This document shows, in pieces, positions 57,376 through 64,000 of a DNA stretch of 64,000 nt. The stretch's first letter is position 1, and each line of letters starts with the position of its first letter. This DNA is from Marine Group II euryarchaeote MED-G34 (GTDB taxonomy: Archaea > Thermoplasmatota > Poseidoniia > Poseidoniales > Thalassarchaeaceae), in NCBI GenBank assembly GCA_002457605.1, contig NTJT01000003.1, positions 8,748 to 72,747 on the forward strand, written 5' to 3'. Made by a program: the position numbers and the translations under genes. Below the pieces are notes generated by a model. The model saw only the letters and a list, made by a program, of their open reading frames with translations, was not told where the DNA came from and did not search any database.

Positions 57376-57836
57376 GGATTTTTTTGGAATCGGTGCGTCC
57401 ACATGAAGCATTCTATGCCTCATCCTACTATCTTAGAAATTCGTCCTTCGCATTCTAAGTTTGAGCACGATCCGGCTACTCTTAATCGACCATTGGACAT
57501 CTGAATGAGCTTGGAATTTCTAATGGCTCCGTATGTCTTGCACTTGAGACAGAATCCTGATGCTTGCATTTCACTTACTCACATGAGATGAGTGCTATTC
57601 AACCCATCTAGCAAGGGGTAAACATGCAAAGAAATACAATATTCACATAAACGCGTCACTGAAAGCCTGTATGCTCAATCAGTTCAGACAATGATTCCGA
57701 TAACCACTCTTATCGGACACACTGTATCACGAATTTAGAGGCGTAAATCCCATTCCAACCAGAATACCAGATAATATGGATTGAAAATACATCCAAATAG
57801 GTTTATACTGTAAGAAACATGAAAATAGATTTGAAT

Positions 57837-59135
57837 TTATCTATCCAAATTTACAATAGACCCACCAATAATTGTTTTCACTATGGGATTCTCTCCTGGA
57901 GTCTGACACCATCCATCGACTGATTGAGACCATAGTATGTTGAGGTCGGCACGACCGCTTTCTACAATAGTGCCGTTAATGGAGGGGTCGTCCAAAGTTG
58001 TCGAGGGGTTCCTCGTAGCAGCTACAAGTGCAGCAAACGGATCGAGGCCCATACGTGTTGTGGCTAAATTACCAATGAAAGGCATCGATAAAATGCGGCA
58101 GTTAGGATTGTAGTCAGTTGCAAGCGAAAAGGCCCAATTATTCTCAATACATTGATTCAATGGTGAATCCAGGGGTTTACCTAGCACATAGGGAGTTCCT
58201 GGGAGGAAAGTCTGCATTGTACCGTTATCCGATGCAGCTTGCCTAGACTCTACAGATGACTTGGCCGCATGATCCCCACTAACTGAACCTAGTTCCGCTG
58301 CTAAGGCCAGTCCACCAGAATCTTCGAATTCATCTACATGTAATCGTGATGGTATTCCATGTTCCGTTGATGCTCGGACAATATATTCGGTCTCATCATT
58401 TGTGTACCATCCCTCCTCGCAGAACACATCAACCCATTTGGCAATACCCTGCTCCGCTACTGCAGGTAATTGTGAATTAACCAATTCTTCAAGGTACTCA
58501 CTACGTTGGCGGCCATACGGGAAATCATGTGCGCCGAGCCATGTCGGTAGTAACTTGACTATGCTAGAATCGTCTATGGCTTTCATTGCCTCTAGTAATC
58601 TAAGTTCTGCCTCGGTTTCCAACCCATACCCACTCTTGGCCTCAATAACAGTAGTACCTGTCAAGACAGCTTGATTTGCCCTTGTAATCCCGATTCTACA
58701 TAAATCACTCAAAGACATACTGCGAGTACTCAGAACTGTCTTTGCTATACCACCTCCTGCTTCGGCAATTTGGCGATAAGTCATCCCTGCCTGTCTGAGG
58801 CGCATCTCAGATGAACGATCTCCGCCCCAAAGTAGGTGTGTATGGCTATCAACTAGTCCGGGGATAATCGCCTTTCCTTTAGCATCGACAACTGCCAAAT
58901 CTCCTGATATTTGTTCTGAACCATCCCACCATGGTGCGAATTCTGACTGGAGGGATTCGGAATCCCCGAAAATATGGAATTTTGAATCCTGTATCATAAT
59001 GCCATGTCCGGCAGGAAATATGTTGGACTCCCTATCGAGCATCTCTGCACCAACAAGCGGTTGAGTAGTATCTCCAGAACCCATATGTGCGACTTCGCCA
59101 CAGTTGAGTATCAGTACGCCCATGAGCCCCGACAT
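57837..59135 (-). CDS. hutI: Imidazolonepropionase
   Basis: Amidohydrolase metal site VDSHTHLLWGGDRS. N-terminal GVLILNCGEVA is typical of HutI. Start placed at the internal ATG 59135 (or 59123), because the 59213 start would overlap kae1. Confidence 0.85.
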   Translation of the reverse strand: MSGLMGVLILNCGEVAHMGSGDTTQPLVGAEMLDRESNIFPAGHGIMIQDSKFHIFGDSESLQSEFAPWWDGSEQISGDLAVVDAKGKAIIPGLVDSHTHLLWGGDRSSEMRLRQAGMTYRQIAEAGGGIAKTVLSTRSMSLSDLCRIGITRANQAVLTGTTVIEAKSGYGLETEAELRLLEAMKAIDDSSIVKLLPTWLGAHDFPYGRQRSEYLEELVNSQLPAVAEQGIAKWVDVFCEEGWYTNDETEYIVRASTEHGIPSRLHVDEFEDSGGLALAAELGSVSGDHAAKSSVESRQAASDNGTMQTFLPGTPYVLGKPLDSPLNQCIENNWAFSLATDYNPNCRILSMPFIGNLATTRMGLDPFAALVAATRNPSTTLDDPSINGTIVESGRADLNILWSQSVDGWCQTPGENPIVKTIIGGSIVNLDR

Positions 59136-59179
59136 ACACGATGCTTGAAAGCAGTGCCTGCTTGGAAGTGATGTAGAAC

Positions 59180-60178
59180 ATGATACTAGGCATCGAGAGC
59201 ACTGCCCACACACTGTCTTTTGGAGTGGTTGAAAATGATGGTCGCGCCAAGCCCTCTGTATCGAACCTGTTTAGGCCAGAAGAAGGTGGAATTCATCCTC
59301 GTGAGGCTGCTGATCACCATTCCAATGTCGCTGGAGAACTACTATCCGAAGTGATGGTGAAAAATTCTATCAGTAAATCAGACATTACTGCGATAGCATT
59401 CAGCCAGGGTCCGGGGCTCGGTCCCTGCCTGAGAGTAGGGGCTTCTGTAGCAAGGGCACTAGCAAACTCTTGGGAGGTCCCACTAATCGGTGTTAACCAC
59501 TGTGTTGCTCATATCGAGATAGGGAGGAATCAGACTGGATGTGAAGATCCGGTTCTACTCTATGTTAGTGGAGGGAACACACAGGTCATAGCACGTAGAG
59601 GGAATAAGTACAGAGTCCTTGGTGAGACTCTGGATATTGGTATTGGGAACATGTTAGACAAGTTCGCTAGATCTCAGGGTATACCATTCCCAGGGGGTCC
59701 TGAGATAGAGAGACTAGCTGGTAATTGGTTGTCCAGAAATACTGAATGTTCACTTGAATCTATATTATTGCCATATGGGGTTCAAGGGATGGATCTTGGT
59801 TTCTCTGGTATACTCACAGCTGCCATCAAAAAGACTTCGACCCATGAACTAAGTGAGGTATGTTGGTCCCTCCAAGAACACTCATTCGCTGCCTGTATCG
59901 AAGTTGCTGAGAGGGCTATGGCCCACACAGGAAAATCTGAGCTCTTACTTGGTGGTGGCGTTGCTTGCAATGAGAGACTCAGGGAAATGGCATCTATCAT
60001 GTGTCAGGAAAGAGGAGGGGAGTCGTATTCTCCCAACAAGGGGTATTGTGTCGACAATGGCACAATGATAGCAGAATTAGGGAGAAAAATGCTAGAGTCT
60101 GGTTCTCTGACTACACTGCAAGACAGTGCGGTATCGCCTGGGCTGAGAACTGATCAGACCATAGTCACATGGCACTGA
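59180..60178 (+). CDS. kae1: tRNA N6-adenosine threonylcarbamoyltransferase Kae1 (not fused to Bud32)
   Basis: ILGIESTAHTLSFGVV, GVNHCVAHIE metal site, LYVSGGNTQV. 332 aa. Confidence 0.9.
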   Translation: MILGIESTAHTLSFGVVENDGRAKPSVSNLFRPEEGGIHPREAADHHSNVAGELLSEVMVKNSISKSDITAIAFSQGPGLGPCLRVGASVARALANSWEVPLIGVNHCVAHIEIGRNQTGCEDPVLLYVSGGNTQVIARRGNKYRVLGETLDIGIGNMLDKFARSQGIPFPGGPEIERLAGNWLSRNTECSLESILLPYGVQGMDLGFSGILTAAIKKTSTHELSEVCWSLQEHSFAACIEVAERAMAHTGKSELLLGGGVACNERLREMASIMCQERGGESYSPNKGYCVDNGTMIAELGRKMLESGSLTTLQDSAVSPGLRTDQTIVTWH

Positions 60179-60243
60179 TGTAGATGTCCTGAGAAGCCTT
60201 ATGAGACCTTGTTGCGCGTGCCCGGCTGGAGTTTGGTCATCTA

Positions 60244-60993
60244 GTGCAGAAGCGTCGACGTTCCAAGGCAGTCCCAAAGGACATATTCGGCAATGCACCT
60301 AAGCCGGTTGCTTCCAAAAAAGAGGTAGTCAAACAGCCTCAAACTAGCAAACCACTACCTACTCCTGTCCCTGCTCCAGTACCCGAAATCAAGGATGAAG
60401 AAGAGCCTCCTGTAATCGAAGATAAGGTTCCCGAACCTACAGAAGAGATTACTCAAACACCCGATGAGGAGGTCATTCAGAGTCAGATACTTGGGACCAC
60501 TAGGCGCAAGTCAATCGGACTGCAACCGATGCAGGGAGAGAGTGTAGAAGATCCATCTGCCAACGTAGTCAGTGATAAGGCACAAGAGTTGATTGACGAA
60601 AGTAAACTACGTGCTAAGAATGAGCAAGAAGAAGAGTCAGTTACTGAACCAGTCAAAATTCCGACCATCCAGAGGGAGGTGCCCAAACCAAAACCCCCCA
60701 CACCTAAGTTTAGACGTAGGAGAAATTCATTCCAACCCGCAGCACGCGCCAAGCGATTAGATCGTAGCCGTCATATGGAATACAAGTACGAAGTTCGGGG
60801 ACTGATGGTGGATATTGGGGTGGAAGAGGAGCACCGATCCAATGTCCTCGGAACCATGTGGGCTAAGGGCGAGAGGCAGAACGCTGCCGAAGCAAAGGAG
60901 TTTCTCGAGAGCAAACATTCAGAAGGAGTCCTCACTGAAGAGCAGTTTAACAGACTCTGTGATGTTATAGACAGGTACACAGTCAGGAGATAG
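60244..60993 (+). CDS. Hypothetical protein: K/P/E-rich disordered N-terminal half, basic-then-helical C-terminal domain
   Basis: 249-aa ORF with a GTG start. No recognisable family. The C-terminal about 90 aa (RRRRNSFQPAARAKRLDRSRHMEYKYEVRGLMVDIG...) looks globular. Confidence 0.4.
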   Translation: MQKRRRSKAVPKDIFGNAPKPVASKKEVVKQPQTSKPLPTPVPAPVPEIKDEEEPPVIEDKVPEPTEEITQTPDEEVIQSQILGTTRRKSIGLQPMQGESVEDPSANVVSDKAQELIDESKLRAKNEQEEESVTEPVKIPTIQREVPKPKPPTPKFRRRRNSFQPAARAKRLDRSRHMEYKYEVRGLMVDIGVEEEHRSNVLGTMWAKGERQNAAEAKEFLESKHSEGVLTEEQFNRLCDVIDRYTVRR

Positions 60994-60996
60994 AAT

Positions 60997-61485
60997 ATGT
61001 CAGTAGTAGAACAAAATTCAGTGGTTTCAGTAATGTATACGGGTACATTCCCCGACTCCGGAGAAGTATTCGACTCAAATGTCAACCAACCGCCGTTAGT
61101 ATTTCTCGTCGGCCATGGAAACATCATAGAGGGATTCGAACAGGAGATACTCGGAGCAGCTGTGGGGGATGTTAAGGAATTCACCTTGACACCTGAGATG
61201 GCTTACGGGCACCGAGATGAAGCCGCTGTGCAACCAATTCCAAGAAGTCAATTTCCTGAGGGTATGGAACTGGAAGTAGGAAGGGTTGTGGGTGCGCAGA
61301 GCGACCAAGGACCTGTGCAGTTCACAGTAGTAGAGATTAATGATGACATTGTTATTGTAGATCTTAACCATCAAATGGCTGGATACACGTTGCATTTCAG
61401 CGTCGAAATAGTCGAAATTCGTGAGGCTACTTCAGAGGAGCTTGATCATGGGCACGCTCACGGTCCGGGACACCATCACCACTAG
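60997..61485 (+). CDS. slyD: FKBP-type peptidyl-prolyl isomerase, SlyD-like, with His-rich tail
   Basis: VSVMYTGTFPDSGEVFDSN, IIEGFEQEILG, HFSVEIVEIREAT and a C-terminal HGHAHGPGHHHH. Confidence 0.85.
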   Translation: MSVVEQNSVVSVMYTGTFPDSGEVFDSNVNQPPLVFLVGHGNIIEGFEQEILGAAVGDVKEFTLTPEMAYGHRDEAAVQPIPRSQFPEGMELEVGRVVGAQSDQGPVQFTVVEINDDIVIVDLNHQMAGYTLHFSVEIVEIREATSEELDHGHAHGPGHHHH

Positions 61486-61521
61486 CACATTGTTGATGGT
61501 GCAATTCGTCCTCCCCGGATT

Positions 61522-63114
61522 ATGCGGAAGAGTCGGTCCAAGACCATGAGTGGTATGGACAGGTCTGATATATCCACTAATGAAGCCGCCAGAGCCGCTG
61601 GTTACCCTCCAGAGGGGCATCCAATGCCAGGGGATCCGCCATACACTAGGGGGATACACTCTGATATGTACAAAAGCAAACTTTGGACTATGAGACAGTA
61701 TGCTGGATTTTCCTCAGCAAAGGAGACAAATCAACGATTTAAGATGCTCCTTGAACAGGGGCAGACAGGGCTTTCAGTGGCTTTTGATTTGCCTACTCAA
61801 CTCGGACTAGACTCTGATCACCCGCGTTCACTCGGTGAAGTTGGTAAGGTTGGTGTGCCAATAGATACTATCGAAGATATGCGGCAAATGTTTGATTCAA
61901 TAGATCTTTCAGAGGTCTCTACATCAATGACAATAAATGCGCCAGCAACTGCATTATTGGCGATGTACGTAGCAGTTGCTGAGGAGCAAGGAGTACCTAG
62001 AGAAAGTCTGAGGGGAACTGTCCAAAATGATATACTCAAAGAATATATTGCTAGAGGTCTGTACGTCTATCCTCCTGCACAATCTATGAGGCTTACAACA
62101 GATCTGATGGACTGGTGCATAGTTAACGCCCCTTCGTGGAATTCGATTTCCGTCAGTGGTTATCACATGAGGGAGGCGGGTTGTACCGCAGTAGAAGAAG
62201 TTGCATTAACTCTCTCGAACGCACTACAGTATACTCGAAGTGCAATCAATGCTGGTTTGAATGTAGACGACTTTGCCCCACGAATGTCATTCTTCTTTAG
62301 TTCACATAACGATCTATTCGAAGAGGTTGCAAAATTCCGTGCAGCTAGATTACTATGGCATGAATTGATGCAAGTTGAGTTTCAACCTGACAACCCCCGA
62401 TCAAGCCAATTGAGATTCCACACTCAGACTGCAGGAGTCACACTGACGGCACAACAGCCCCTGAATAATGCTGTCCGGGTTTCCTATCAAGCACTGTCCG
62501 CGGTCCTAGGAGGCACGCAATCTCTGCACACAAATAGTTTCGATGAAGCCATCGGTCTTCCTACTGAAGAATCTGCAAGAATTGCCCTTCGGACGCAACA
62601 GATAATTTCTGAAGAAACAGGTGTAGCAAACAGTGTTGACCCATTAGCTGGGTCCTACTTAGTAGAGGAAATGACATCGCGCATAGTCTCCGAAGCGAAG
62701 GCTCTGATTGAACAAATTGACTCCCAGGGTGGTGGATTGGAATGTATAAAATCAGGACTCCAACAGAGAATGATACACGACAGCGCTTGGAAAAATCTGC
62801 AGGAGATAGAGTCGGGTGAGATTGGAGTCGTTGGAGTCAATTCCTATCTCGAAGACAATGAGTATTCAATAAACACGCAGAAATTTGATTCGGCGGGTGT
62901 TCAGGCTAGGCTAGATGCTTTGACAGAGTACCGTGACAACAGGAATCAGAAATCCGTAAATACTGCACTAGAACTGCTAGAAAATGCATGTACAGGAGAA
63001 GATAATGTGATGGAGCCTATGATCGAATCTGTCAAAGCAGGGGCGACAATTGGCGAAGTTAATGGAGTATTGAAATCGGTTTTTGGCACTTGGATTTCAC
63101 CGAGCGGGGTGTAG
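61522..63114 (+). CDS. mcmA: Methylmalonyl-CoA mutase, catalytic (substrate-binding) subunit without B12-binding domain
   Basis: TMRQYAGFSSAKETNQRFKMLLEQGQTGLSVAFDLPTQ and the rest of the TIM-barrel domain. 530 aa with no C-terminal DxHxxG cobalamin domain. Confidence 0.9.
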   Translation: MRKSRSKTMSGMDRSDISTNEAARAAGYPPEGHPMPGDPPYTRGIHSDMYKSKLWTMRQYAGFSSAKETNQRFKMLLEQGQTGLSVAFDLPTQLGLDSDHPRSLGEVGKVGVPIDTIEDMRQMFDSIDLSEVSTSMTINAPATALLAMYVAVAEEQGVPRESLRGTVQNDILKEYIARGLYVYPPAQSMRLTTDLMDWCIVNAPSWNSISVSGYHMREAGCTAVEEVALTLSNALQYTRSAINAGLNVDDFAPRMSFFFSSHNDLFEEVAKFRAARLLWHELMQVEFQPDNPRSSQLRFHTQTAGVTLTAQQPLNNAVRVSYQALSAVLGGTQSLHTNSFDEAIGLPTEESARIALRTQQIISEETGVANSVDPLAGSYLVEEMTSRIVSEAKALIEQIDSQGGGLECIKSGLQQRMIHDSAWKNLQEIESGEIGVVGVNSYLEDNEYSINTQKFDSAGVQARLDALTEYRDNRNQKSVNTALELLENACTGEDNVMEPMIESVKAGATIGEVNGVLKSVFGTWISPSGV

Positions 63115-63116
63115 GC

Positions 63117-63527
63117 ATGAGTGATGTATCGGTCGATCACATAGGTATCGCTTCAGAGTCTATAGATCTAGCTAGTGGGTTCTGGGAACTACTTGGATTC
63201 AAACAGAGCTCAGAGCATGTGAATGATGAACAGGGTGTACGAATATTGATTCTAGAAGGAAATGTATCATCGGCCAAAATTGAGTTGCTTGAACCATTGG
63301 GGCCGAATACCCCCATTGGAAAATTCATATCGAATCATGGTGAAGGAATACAACAACTAGCTGTCAGAGTTGAAGATATTGAATCTACGATTACACAATT
63401 GATTTCATCAGGTGTGAGGATGATAAATGAACAACCTGTAAATGGGGCATCTGGCAGCATTATTGCGTTTGTTCACCCATCATCTACTGGTGGCGTCCTT
63501 GTCGAACTGGTAGAGCATATTAATTGA
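63117..63527 (+). CDS. mce: Methylmalonyl-CoA epimerase (VOC/glyoxalase fold)
   Basis: VDHIGIA, IELLEPLG, GEGIQQLAVRVEDI, VHPSSTGGVLVELVE. ATG 63117 lies 2 nt after the mcmA stop. Confidence 0.85.
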   Translation: MSDVSVDHIGIASESIDLASGFWELLGFKQSSEHVNDEQGVRILILEGNVSSAKIELLEPLGPNTPIGKFISNHGEGIQQLAVRVEDIESTITQLISSGVRMINEQPVNGASGSIIAFVHPSSTGGVLVELVEHIN

Positions 63528-63561
63528 CAATCATCAAAAAGGACTCCTAATACGGGGCGTC

Positions 63562-63864
63562 ATGAAGACCTCGATGAATCGCCTTCACACGAATGATTCT
63601 CTGACCTCGCAAATTGTTGCTAAAGAGGTGGTGTTCCTTTCTGAAACTCTAGGTAACCTGCGCGATTCAGGAGAGATATCCAATGATGCTTATCTCGAAG
63701 CTGGGGGCATTCAGGGTGGACTGGCACTAATTGCTAGCCTAATCGACCAAGATGTATCTGATGATGAAATTCAAGAAGGATTGGATCAGTTGGTTGTTAG
63801 AGCGTTTAGAATTAGCACTAACTATCCAGAGATGGATGAAAAGATAGAGAATTACAGAAGTTAG
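63562..63864 (+). CDS. Hypothetical small acidic protein
   Basis: 100-aa ORF with no recognisable motifs. Composition is similar to neighbouring genes. Confidence 0.35.
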   Translation: MKTSMNRLHTNDSLTSQIVAKEVVFLSETLGNLRDSGEISNDAYLEAGGIQGGLALIASLIDQDVSDDEIQEGLDQLVVRAFRISTNYPEMDEKIENYRS

Positions 63865-64000
63865 TATTCGTATAGTATTACTATGCGAATACTTATCAAT
63901 GGGTACTCTGGCCGAATGATGTGCCTAAAGTGAGCTTTGACATACCCTCAGAACTGCTAAGTGACCTTCGAAATCATGTTGGTGATGACAAGAAATTCGT

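Noticed and set aside
63930-64000. Open frame from a GTG at 63930 running off the window end (VSFDIPSELLSDLRNHVGDDKKF), vaguely like a ribbon-helix-helix N-terminus
   Set aside because: Only 23 codons are visible, which is too short to support a call.
1-64000. Search for CRISPR arrays, IS elements, integrases, toxin-antitoxin pairs, restriction-modification or other defence genes
   Set aside because: I found no repeat-spacer periodicity, no transposase or integrase motifs, and no recognisable defence-system proteins. The window is core chromosome, not an accessory island.

Overview
A very compact archaeal chromosomal segment, more than 95% coding by eye, with about 62 protein genes and one tRNA. 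I saw no rRNA, CRISPR array, transposase, integrase or obvious defence island. Archaeal origin is directly supported by hallmark genes: the exosome superoperon (psmA-SBDS-rrp4-rrp41-rrp42-L37Ae-pcc1-pfdB), PAN, aEF-2, uS12/uS7, RFC large subunit, PriS, TiaS, Kae1, MBF1, Tsr3, Dph6, isopentenyl phosphate kinase and an archaeosortase-like protein. From gene content and streamlining I infer a planktonic Thermoplasmatota-like euryarchaeote such as Marine Group II/III, but I cannot verify this here. Metabolic modules present are:
- a complete histidine-degradation cluster using the formiminotransferase branch (ftcD-N, ftcD-C, hutU, hutH, hutI)
- futalosine-pathway menaquinone genes (mqnE/C, mqnA, mqnD)
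- isoprenoid genes (an IDI1-GGPPS fusion, IPK, thiolase, a UbiD-like decarboxylase)
- a split transketolase
- methylmalonyl-CoA mutase plus epimerase
- CoaBC, PurB, and GlyRS/ProRS/MetRS

The findings most worth follow-up are:
- a 157-aa, half-length homologue of eukaryotic deoxyhypusine hydroxylase that directly abuts mqnD. It is a candidate for the unidentified archaeal hypusine hydroxylase.
- a 1775-aa Lhr helicase with roughly 870 aa of C-terminal extension
- a eukaryote-like type-1 IDI fused to GGPP synthase
- the hut cluster, which has an AlaX editing-protein gene and tRNA-Val embedded in it
- a 460-bp AT-rich non-coding island beside that tRNA
- a PriS-linked operon encoding an acidic internally duplicated protein and an RDD membrane protein

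All family assignments rest on motif recognition from memory, not on database searches. Start codons are often uncertain.
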